A stretch of 64,000 bases of DNA from Botryllus schlosseri (Eukaryota). The position numbers were made by a program, and so were the translations under genes. The notes beneath the pieces are model-generated. The model saw nothing but the letters and a program-made list of their open reading frames with translations, was not told the DNA's origin and made no database searches. This document shows positions 11,251-22,600 of the stretch, piece after piece; positions within the stretch are counted from its first letter, which is position 1; every line of letters begins with the position of its first letter. The stretch lies in assembly GCA_051294905.1 (NCBI GenBank), contig CM119372.1, positions 13,704,001 through 13,768,000 on the forward strand, given 5' to 3'.

Positions 11251-13614
11251 CAGTATTGGGATGACTCGAGTCATGACTTGACTTGGCGTATAAAAAATGT
11301 GGATTGACTCGTGACTCGGAGCAAATTTCACGAGTCAATTTCAAGTCATTAAGTAATTGGTGTCGATAAAAATCACGGTATCTTGCATATGGTCGGATTG
11401 TACGCGAAATGTGGTGTAACCCGTGAGAGTTACCAATCATTCATTGATCTTGCGTTTTCCTGAGCCTCCATTGTTCTCTCACAAATAAATTGACCGCAAA
11501 CGAAGTAATCGAAGCTTACACCTTACGGCAGGGGTTCTCAACTTTCCTTGTATAACGGGCCGCATTTTAACAGCAAAAGACGCTGCGGGCCGCAGAACTA
11601 TGTTACCTTGCATTCATGGGCTACTATTAAATTTAGGCTATTGTAGCCGATTTACCAGTCGTATACCGGCATTTAGTACATTTCTATGCATTATAAAGTA
11701 ATAATGAACAGCGTTCGTAAGTTTGCAGCTGCTGCTTGAGAGAATGTGTATCTTCTAGCGGCGCATGTAAATCCCTTCATGGAGCGTGCATTACATTCGT
11801 TGTCAAGTCGGTATATGTAACTTCAAATCCTTCCACCAGAGAGCCGAACTCTTTGTTCCAATGCGTGGGCGAGCAAGTATAAAATTACTATAACTTTTGC
11901 GTTACAGAGACCATTATCACATTGAGCTCTGAGTGATATGAAAAGAAATCTGGTGTTTGGGGGCATTTCTGAGCAAAACAATCAACATTTCTCCTTTCCG
12001 TTCATGCCTAGAGCACTGCACCAATAGTTACAGAAGTCAGCTTTGTCAAGTTGATATTTTTCGCTGGTACCCTCCCCACGTTTGCCCAGCCAGTATTTCT
12101 CTGCATATATGTCCACTCTGATGAAATTCAACCAGATAATTAGTTATACAATGTCGGCGGATTCATCTAAGGCTGCGTAAAAGTAGTCTACGCGGCAACG
12201 TGTTTCAGAACAGGCGCTAAAAGATTGACTGATATTGATGTTACTCGTCTGGTCAGGATTGAATCAGACGATTGCATCTTCGAAATTTGTCTGGTGATGT
12301 TATCCTTGCTGCTAAGTTCCGGAAACAGCAAATATTCGCAAAGTATGTTACGATTTTATTGAAATCACACCTTCTATATCAGATTTCTTGGCTTTAGCGA
12401 TATTCGAAGCAATTTTAAACGATGCGTCTGTAACGTCGTCGGCAATCTCAACAACCGTTCGCAGTGAGTCAAACACTCTTTAAAAGTGTAGGCCTACTAA
12501 GAAGCGGGATTCTCTTGAACCAGAGTCCAGCCGAATGATGATTCAAAACAATAACAATCTGAAGTCGAGCATATATCAAGAAACGAGAGCACATTGAAGC
12601 AGTGGTTCTCAAACATTTTTTAGTCACGCCCCCCTCCCTTTTTGATAGGGAAAAATTTCGTGCCCCCTTATCGTCATATAACAAAATGCAACCAGAATGC
12701 TAGCAATACAAACGGCAAGTTTGATGGCATGGAAGGTTATACCCGTTGATCAGAGAATTCTCAAATATGAAATTCGGACTATACACAGAGAAATAACAGT
12801 GAATTAGGGATAAATTGCGCGCAGCGCGAAATTTTTTTCAGTTGCATGCACCTTCGCGCCCCCTTCAGATGCTTCACGCACCAAAGAGGGCGCGTGCCCC
12901 CAGGTTGAGAACCACTGTCTTCAAGGATGAGTAATCAAACGAAACAGAGACGGTGCGATAAAAGAGCTAAGTATCTAAATTAATTTGTAACAATACCGTG
13001 TCATTAGTAATTGCGTTTATAATGAAAGATGTCGCGGGCCACAAAATATACGTCTGCGGGCCGCGGGTTGAGAACCCCTGCCTTACGGTATTGTAAACCA
13101 TTATAGTGTAGTAATTTAATAGTAAAATGTATATTTCTGTTCTCTGTTCTTACCTGAACCCAACCTCTTGTTTTATTGAAATTGAATTCGAATATAGTTT
13201 ATATAGTCCTCAGCCATTGGCGTAGGCTCGAATTGTATCATATCAATTTGTAAATGGGTAATGTATTGCATCTTATCAATTCGTTTCTCTATTCTTTATT
13301 TTGGCTGGTAACTATAAACTGTGACGATGCGATTACTTTTGGTTTAGCAGTTCTACGTTCATGTGAGCAATACAGCGCCTTCTTGCGTGTATCTTGAACT
13401 CTATTTCCGTTCATTGCTTCAGAATCAATGACCACGCAATCTGTATTTCAGAGAGCTAGCAAAATGCAATGACGTAATAATGCCTCATACATCGAAAAGG
13501 CAACTTGACTTGAATTGTGACTTGACTCGAGTCACCTCCAAAAATCGAGTGACTTGACTTGACTCGAGTCAAAATGTGCAATGACTCGAAGGTAGTGACT
13601 TGATCCCAACACTG
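11251..13614. mobile_element. hAT-type element with GACTCGAGTC subterminal repeats (outer layer of a nest)
   Basis: TIR cagtattggga / tcccaacactg; TSD ccacagtc 11243-11250 and 13615-13622. Confidence 0.85.
11529..13080 (-). mobile_element. Charlie/Buster-like hAT with decayed transposase
   Basis: TIR caggggttctcaac; TSD ccttacgg on both sides; minus-strand YFYAALDESADI (~12150-12185) resembles the Buster-type FSLALDESTD motif; contains a smaller cagtggttctcaa MITE at 12600-12917. Confidence 0.85.
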
Positions 13615-14623
13615 CCACAGTCTAAGCATGACATGCCTATTCGCCTTTCTCATGGAGACGTCGCTCGTTGGGTATTCCGCAACAGTATTCATAATCAACC
13701 GATCGGGCATCGTCAGCGGCACTTCCCGGCCAACTGATGGCTACCCGCCACGGAAGAGCATGGATGTTCTTTTGCCATTTTACCGATTTTGCGTACGGCG
13801 CCGCCCATACACCTCGTCACGTGTTACGCCAAGCATATCTTATACGGACCCTTGTACGCTTCATAGTTCAAGGAATAATCAAGCCCTAGGGGTAGGGATA
13901 TGCCACAGCCTCATATATGTTTGCTACTAAGGCAGCAGTCGAAGCACTACTGTGTCTTTCCACCCCACTCAAGGGGTCCGACGACCACTCAGGCTGCCCT
14001 TCCACAATCCACACTCATATTCTAGATCAGGGGTCGCCGTGCGGTGCCCACCGACCATTGGTAGCCCGCAAGGAAAAGATGAATCGCCCGCGTGTCTGTT
14101 CTAAAAATAGATGGAGTAACAGCCCTCAACAGTGAGCTTTTACATAATGAGATTTATTTATTTAGCTGTTCATGTGTAAATCACACAAACATGTAACTTG
14201 GTTACTCCCGCCATTTACCCGCTTCAAATTTTAGTGTTTTTTGGCTGTAACTCGTTATGTGTTCACAATAGAGAAAACTTTCTTTTCAATACAGATATAA
14301 TCATGATGTTTCCGCAGATTTTGAGCTATATATCATGACTAGGGCGATTTTTTTTTGACCTAAAAACGGAAGATTTTGACCTAAAAAATCTAAATTTTGA
14401 CTTTTTTTGACCTAAAAAAACTGAAATTTGACCAAATTTTGACCTTACGTATGCAAATTAGGTGTTTTCGCACATAATGTCAAAATTGTACTACTTATCT
14501 TCATTTCTGGTTGGAACTGTCTGTCCTTACAAAGTAGATTGGCCTGAAAAAACGTTTTGGGAACAAAAACTAGCAAATTTTTACATGAAAAAACTATTGA
14601 ATAGTATATTCATACTGAAATGA

Positions 14624-14657
14624 ACCGGAATATTTTCGGCTGACACTCGTCAGGGGT
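14624..14657 (-). ncRNA. Minimal type I hammerhead ribozyme (inverted copy)
   Basis: Reverse complement accc-CTGACGA-gtgtcagcc-GAAA-atat-TC-cggt; identical core, one stem I mismatch. Confidence 0.6.
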
Positions 14658-14915
14658 AATCGTCAGCAACCAGTAGAGAATTGGAAAGAACATGGTATAT
14701 CAACAATCGTATCACAAAATATGACGTCATTTGTGTGACTTGGAGTGGACTTTTATCAAAATACACCAACCAAAACTCTGTCAACAAAAGGAGTTCGTGT
14801 ACCACCTAAAATAGTACATTGAACGCTCTCTCTTTCATGCTGGTGGCGTCATATTTTGTGATACGATTGTTGATATACCATGTTCTTTCCAATTCTCTAC
14901 TAGTTGCTGACGATT

Positions 14916-14949
14916 ACCCCTGACGAGTGTCAGCCGAAAATATTCGGGT
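14916..14949 (+). ncRNA. Minimal type I hammerhead ribozyme
   Basis: accc-CTGACGA-gtgtcagcc-GAAA-atat-TC-gggt: core CUGANGA/GAAA/UH, 4-bp stem I, palindromic AATATT at stem III; predicted cut after C14945. Confidence 0.7.
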
Positions 14950-16291
14950 TCATTTCAATATGAATATACTATTCAATTGTATATTGAAGTTCTGTACCTC
15001 CAAGAAGCCAATGAAAAAACTAGTATTTTAACGAAATCTGGCCCTATGAAGAATTCCAGTAGTTACATTACGTATTATGGTGGAAATAATTAAAATTTGT
15101 TGTAGTACAACAAACGAAAGATAGCTTACTTTTCTACATTCTCGGGTAGAAAGTGTTTGTTCTTACTAAGTAGCTTGCCAATAATGGAGAAAGAACGTTA
15201 AACAGCAGCGGTTGTTGGCTGACAACACTGAAGTTGTGTGCACACTGCTGGTGACACACCGCGTTGCTTCATTCTGACAATGTTGTCTATATCACAATTT
15301 TTCAGCTTGCGCTTCTTGATATAAGAATCATGCAATGTCCAAGCAGTCTTGCTTCAGTTAGGATATTGCGGTACGTTGACCATAAAACCAGGTCACTATT
15401 TGTTTCATTTGATCGTTTATGATTCACAATGAGCAGACGATGGGTCGTTTACAACGGTAGGCCTATAAAGTAGGCTACAAGCTGTAAAATATCAAGTGAT
15501 AAGTTCACCGACAGCGCAAAATCTACGATACAAACGAAATTCAGAGGTCAAACAATGTTTGACTTTGTAACAATTTTGACAAATTTTGACCTACCGCTAC
15601 AATTTTGACCTAATTTTGACTTTTTTAGACATGTCAAAAAATCGCCCTAATCATGACTCTACGACCAGCGGTGGCCGAGATGGGTCATTTTACCCCCTCA
15701 ATTGGGGGGTTGCCGGCTGGAAAATGAGGGTAATTCCCTAAAGTCGATATTTATTGAAGTTTTGGTGATTTGTCAGGATTTAAGAACCCCCTTTTTTCGA
15801 TTTAAAAAAAAGTCATTTTCACTCCACCCTATAATGTAGAATGCTGTTTTAAGCTGTTTGAAGGAATCTTATAGTGCGACTTTCTGCAACATTTTCGATT
15901 TTTCATTAAAGTATTTTCGATTTTGGTGAAATACACGGCCAAATTCGACTGAAATACCGCAAATCAGCACTGAAGTAATGCTCTTACGGGTATTTCAGGA
16001 GCTGAGCGGGAAAGTGGACCTTTTTTTTAGTCAACCAAGCAAAATGTGGTCTTTTCGTGCAACTTTTGTGAGAAAATAAATGCAACTTTTGTCAAAAATA
16101 AATGCTACTTTCCACGGATTTAACTGCGACAAAAACTTGCCCTAATAATAACTCATTTCAAAACTTACCGCGCAGGCCATGGGTTGACCATCGCTGCCTT
16201 CTAAGTGAAGAAAATTAATAAAATAATTAAATATTAATCATTTTAATTATTATTATTAATAATTAATAAAATAATTCCGAACACCAATACA

Positions 16292-16297
16292 TTTATT
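16292..16297 (-). promoter_or_regulatory. Candidate polyadenylation signal (AATAAA) of the minus-strand gene
   Basis: tttatt on + strand, ~370 nt downstream of the predicted stop. Confidence 0.45.
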
Positions 16298-16665
16298 GCA
16301 ATTGACATGGGGCGAAAATCCCTCTTACCAACCAAAAAGGCCACTCGAACACTGTGACCTCACTTGCGTTCTCTACATCACAAAGGATCCATGACGTTCG
16401 TCAAGTTCGAATCTATTAATTTAAAACATCACAAGACTGCGATAGTGTCACAATCCAAATCACAAATTATTAGATGGGGAGGCGCCTGCAGCCAACTGTC
16501 TATGCCACATCTCAAAGATACCAGTTAATTGTTCAAGTTCCACTGCCAATTCGGTTTCGCATAAGTAGGTATTTTGATTTATCCAAGCTCGTACATCCAG
16601 AGTGATTCCGCCATGACAAGTGGACAGAAACAGTAGTTTCAACTGAAGATCTCCAGACTTTCCCG

Positions 16666-19600
16666 CTACATTGTTTCCGAATCCGTGGTCGCCTCCGTGT
16701 CAGTATCAACTAAAAACAAGGCGACATTGAACAACACAAAAAGAGACTGGATATTTTATTCTGCAAGTTACGAACATTTAACAGGAATCGGTGTGAACGG
16801 ACGCCTGAACGATTCGGCGTCCGTCGTATCGGTATCGATATCATTGAAACGATCGTAGTTGAAGCCTTGTTGTGGAGCGCGTGGAACAGGTTTTGGCTGA
16901 TGAATGCAAAATATTATTGTAAATACCTGCCAGTACCACAGCCATTAGAACGCAGTAGCAAAATATTTTACTGGCGACAAGGCGTGGATTGATGATTGGT
17001 TTGATGTTACCTTCTTTTTCCAATCAGCAACGCTATATTATTATTCATTATCGATCTTTAACACAAAGTAACGATGGCTCGGTCATTAGATCAGACAGGC
17101 CGCAACAAAAAAAATAAAATCAGTGTGATGAATTTACATATACAGTAATCAGAAATCAAGTCCACTCCATAACCGCTTTCGTGGTTGCCATAATGCCTGG
17201 GATCAATTACAGTTGGTCATAGTCAGCATTGTTATTCAAGTAGAATTAGCATGGTGAAATTATACTCAACGAGTATCAAGTAGCGATTTCCTGACATGCT
17301 ATAACTGTACTCGAGCAGAAGCATAAAATGAAAGGCCCTAAAAGCACTGACGTAGTTTTAAAATGTGGATTTGGACAAGGTGTCTCATACTTTTACTCGT
17401 ATAACATAAAATGCTATTTCTGAAATTCAAAGATCCATCTTCCTGACATGCAGAATAACTGATGACACCAAAATAGAGCAATTTTCAAGAGCAGGGAGAG
17501 AAGCTCGTCGGTGTACCGACCTATTTTTAGTAATCAGCGTCTGTAATGGGCTTGGGTTTTATTTAGTCAAAAAATCAAGTAGCAAGCAGACCGATATTAG
17601 GCAGTCTGGCCGATGTGATGACCTTCTTTTAAAATTTTAGTCGGCATAAGATGGTTAAGTAGTAGTAAACCGAAACTTGGCAATACGACAGTCAGATGGA
17701 AGGTGTGACCTTTTTTTAGTGATGTCATCAACACACTTTGACGGTAACACTGAATAAGGTGCACGAGTCAGAGCTACAACGTTCAAGGAGTGCACCACTC
17801 AAAAAAGAAGAGCACTGTACGTACTAGAGTACTCTCTGGAAAAGTAGAAGTATTTCGTTACAGATCACCTCTGCATAATTGTGTTTTCTCTATCTAAAAT
17901 TTTATCGATACTCTTTAGCTATCGATAAAGCCATAGTTCAAGTACAAAACTACGATGGATTTATATATTAAGCACCATGCATGGAAATAACATTCCATCA
18001 CAACCAACGCACACTTTTCTTCTTCAGAGTCTTTTCCGGTTTTCTGTCTTTCTCCTTCAGAGCAGCCTCACGCAATTTTCTCTGATCAGTCCTAAGAACA
18101 TTGCAAAAGGCCTGGTCAGCGAGGGCGATAACATGGGACGAAAAGCGCGCGTGTACCAATACTCCCTCGTCATGTCCAACAAATGACTGGCCTCGTCAAT
18201 CACGCGAGACTCGCCCGAAAGAATGAGGTATCGCTCCAGCTCGATAATGACCTCCAGAGAACTCGTAATGGACAGTGCGTCCGCGTCCACCTGAGACAAC
18301 AAAGCAGGCAACGTCAGCCAAGAGGTGTTCAGGTGTTCAAAAGTTCTTCTACTTTTAGGAAGTACACAAGCAAGTTTCGCCTACTTGCATTCCCTACTCA
18401 ATTGGTTTTGTTGTTAGATTAATTCAGTTTCAACAGTTTTTACGGGAAACTGCTTACTTTTATAATTTGGATTTTTAAAAGTAGGAAGTAGTTCTGGGAT
18501 AAGTTTGCATCATTATTACGAGTGTAGTTGTCATAGCAACCACGCGAAGTAGACCTGGTAACCGGATATATTATCGAAGATTGCACCTGGCTAAATAGGT
18601 GACTGGCGGGACTTTTCGTGTGCCCTTCTCAAGATTTAACGGCACAATGAGTAGAAATTTACGACACCACTTCTACTTCTTTTCAAGTTAAGACTACTTG
18701 ACCGCTTCTGACAATCGAGCGCACCCTATCGTTGACGGACAGGCTTTCCACAATGGCCTGCGAAAGCTTAAACAGGATCACCGCCAGTTTCCGCGTCTCC
18801 TTTCTGTCGTCCGCTGGCAAATCGCAGGCCATCTTGACGAGCGGGACCAAGGCGACGCAATTCGCGATGGGCACGTCGTCCAATGCAAGGCTGAGGAGAG
18901 CTCCGGCTACCTTAATGTACAAAAATGCGAATATCGACACAGTACGCGAGACATGAAAAATACCAAGGGCGATGACAAAGACATAATCAGATAAGGTGAT
19001 AATATGTATGTATATTGAAAACAAACCAAACATTGATTTGATAATATCCTACACGCATCAGAAACGTTGATGAGATTTTATAAGCTGGTCGATCTCAATA
19101 ACCAATTTGTCAAAACTAGGAATAAGAGTCGGTTGTCCCGATTCTTAGAACAAGATGGAAATTTGAATCCGCGAACAGCGATCTGCTCATAGATATACTA
19201 ATTCTACTTTTGGTTCAACTCCAGGATATACAATGCTGACATCATCATAACTATGTTAGCTTGAAATACGCTTCTACAATATATAGATAATATAAATATT
19301 TGCACACATATAGAGAACGACTCTACACAAATTGGTTTTTCCAAGTACAGCACTAAAAGAAATAAACTTGCTGGAGTGGCCAATCTAAAATCACACGTGT
19401 GATACGAATTAAATTACGCCCGCTTTGACTTTCTGTGGTGTTTAGTGGTTGAAATCTTTCAAAATGCACGGGCTTTGAAGTCGGACTGTTGCGCCAACAA
19501 CGAAATAGGAAAAAAATAATAATTATCATCGTGAAATATATTGAGAAAAAGTTTAATCAAGTCCCTGCGGTAATCAAATTTTTAGTAGGCCTATGCATTT

Positions 19601-22600
19601 TATTAATATTTCTAACACATGTCTTGAGACTATCGCAGGCCGCACAAAACCGTGTAGCAGGCCGCGGTTTGCCCACCCCTGGTATTGACCTACTGCATCT
19701 GAAGATTTAAAAGAGGACTGCGTACTTCCAAATTCACAGGTGACAATCTACTTCTACTTCACAGTTTTCAGTCTGTTGGGCAAAACTAGGACCAGAATAG
19801 GTCTACATACTTTTTTGCTTACTTGGAAATCGCAATATCTACATGTACTCCAATAAAAGTTCACGCCACTTCTACTCGAGTACTGACGATGACCACTTTG
19901 ACCAACTCTTATTACAAGTACTAATAATGGTACGAATTGTGGAAGCATAACGCATACAAGCATTATCGGGGACTCGCCCTAACCTACTCCCAAGCCTGCA
20001 ATTCTCTTATCTCATCAGAACGGTCTTTTATCAGGATTTCCAGCAAACGCACTCCGAACGAACTTGACTACTTGATGCTCAAAATGCACAGAGAGAAATT
20101 GAACTAGTCACTTTTCAAAACTCACAACCAGAACTAAAACCAGAAAGAACGACCTTTAAAAAACTGCAACTAACTAAAACACAACTAACTAGATTCAATT
20201 CCGAAACTCCTCGTTACTTTTTATTTTATTGGAATCGGATCGGTTAATTGACAGTCCTGATAATGCAAATTACTGAATTGTAAATGAGCGAAGAAATATT
20301 GTCGAAGAAGAACATCACACAGCAGAACACCGGTATCACCATTTATGCCAAACGACACACGTTTTCTAGTCGTTCGGCAACTAAATTTTTTTCAAATGCG
20401 CAACTAGAATTACTTATATTCCAAAAACCGCAAATCGAACTCAAACACCAGTAGTTAGTCGACTGCCAGCTAACTAGATTCGTATTTTGTAGAAATCCGA
20501 CTCGAGAAAATGGTATTGTTACGTGACCCGACAATGGAAAGCCAGAAAATTACTTACGATCAGCGCTTCCTTCACCGTTTGCGTCGCAGGCAGAACGTTG
20601 GCCAAACTGTCGATGTCACGTCTCGAGAGATCGTAGTATGATCCGACGGCAAGAACGTGCATTTCCAGCAATAACGTCATCCGCTCCGCTTCACTCAATG
20701 GCTCGTCGCAAAACTTTTCGCCGAGTTCGTCCAGTGAGAGAACGGCTTCGTCTTTATCCTCTTTGCTCTCTATACCAGATAGGAAAGGCCGCTATGCATT
20801 TTTACCATGATGTTTTGTGGCATATACACCGACTCACAATATACATACACACGGTCTGAACATATGCATACCATGAGCGCATGTGCATAAGGGTTATGAC
20901 TAAAAAAAAAAAATTGCCTATAGCAGGAATTGATGAACATTTTGGTATAAATTAATAAAATTATAATCATTTTGTTCAAATCGAAAAAAATGTCCCGCAC
21001 AAACTAAGTTCAATTTTCGACACTGGTCCAAATTTAGAAAGAAATTAAAAGATTTCTTTGCTACAAATTTAATCTTCAAATATATGTCCTAATGCACTTG
21101 TTGTAAAGTTCATCCATCAATTTGACTTCCCTTTCTGTTATTATGTTAGCGTCAGTGACATCTACGACGGACATATCGGACTTCCAATAGGGTTTTGAGG
21201 CACTTTATCGCTGCCGGACATTCGACCACAAAGATAGCAGCAAATAATCTCTGGTATATTCTAGAGCCCGACCGATATTGGATTTTTGGGTCGATACCGA
21301 TAAAACCGATATCTCACACCTTGGCCGATAACCAGACCTGTTTATTTTTGAATAATGGGTTTTATTTTTGGAGATTCTCCAAAAATAAGATTTGAAAACA
21401 TCCAAAAATAAGATTTTTTTGGATGATGTTTTCTCAAGTTTTTCAGTAAAATAAACAAGTCAGAGCGATGTAAACGACCAGAAAACTCATGAAAACACAC
21501 AAAATCAGAATGTATGTGAGGGAGAGGTCACCGAAACGCTAAAACTACTTCCACTCAATCCACTTCACGTTTCTGCTGACCTTGCCCTCCCGCCCCTCCA
21601 CCTTTGTACTCCTAGTTTCACAGCGCGACACATAGAGAAGACGGGAAGGCAGCTTGAGTGAGGCAAAGGGAACGGCGAAATCATACACCGCCACTTCTGT
21701 CACGATCACTTCGTCCACACGATGACGGGACTGATCTGCTGATGCTTCAGACGGCAACACAACTTGATCCAGTAGATGGAAAGTGCGCGCCCCGAGTTTG
21801 TTGTCGCTCGTTTATTGTCAATGAAGAGGGTGGCCTCTTAGTTGACTGGAAACCGTACCAAACTGCTTTAGGTTATGGACGAGAACAGTCCGGAGTGTGC
21901 ACCTTCGCTGCAGTGGTTAATCCACCTGATCGCCCTCGATCGCATGGTCACGGTCTCACAGATCTGAGCACCACCGTCACGAAGCTTCATGGTCTTGACG
22001 TTCTGATCACGGAGCAGCAGAAGCTCATGCGCCTTGTCGAACGCCTTCGAGCTCTGTGTTCAGGCGAGTACTGGGACAAAGAGGACCGCCACAAGGAAGG
22101 TTTTCTGGTCAGAGGGTGTTGGGCTGTCAAGTTCAATGAGGCACGCAACTTCGTGGAGGATCAGAGGTTTCAAGCGCATTACTGACGAGCGCTTGTCAGG
22201 AGCAAAGGCTTGGAAGATTGGATAGTTTGAAGAATTAGACATTCCTTCATTTTTGGACCACTAACCTCGATGTTTCCCACAATTGCGAGGTTCGAGGCCG
22301 ATATCTCGAAAATCAAGTGAGAGGGAGGGTCTCGGCCGGCGTCTCGCAATGATTGATATTCTTTAGAAGGTATTCTTCAGGCCAAAGACTAAATTTGCGA
22401 AGAATGTATTGGAAAGTTAGATCAAGATCACTGATGATATCTATGTGATGGAGGACTTGAATACATGATAATAACATACTTTTAGTGGAGTTTTTCAGTA
22501 GTAATAGGGCTCAAAACACCTTCATTTCTTATTTTTGGAGATTCTCCAAAAATAAAATTTGAAAACATCCAAAACTAAGCTATTTTTGTTATTTTTGGAG

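Larger units (their letters stand above)
14597..15010 (+). mobile_element. 5'-truncated Penelope-like retroelement with inverted partial pLTR
   Basis: 12-bp TSD atgaaaaaacta (14585-14596, 15011-15022); absent from the second copy of the host MITE (~28757-28775); ORF end LCDLEWTFIKIHQPKLCQQKEFVYHLK* (14731-14814) resembling a GIY-YIG C-terminus; ~134-bp inverted repeat containing hammerhead motifs. Confidence 0.75.
14340..15649 (+). mobile_element. hAT-type MITE (TIR tagggcgatttttt, ttttgac repeats)
   Basis: TSD atcatgac 14332-14339 and 15650-15657; second copy at 28515-29342. Confidence 0.9.

Noticed and set aside
18057..18156. TDRD12 stop at 18057 as suggested by the ORF track
   Set aside because: A ~65-nt GT-AG intron (18156-18092) continues the frame into further plausible exons; the read-through form remains possible but less likely.
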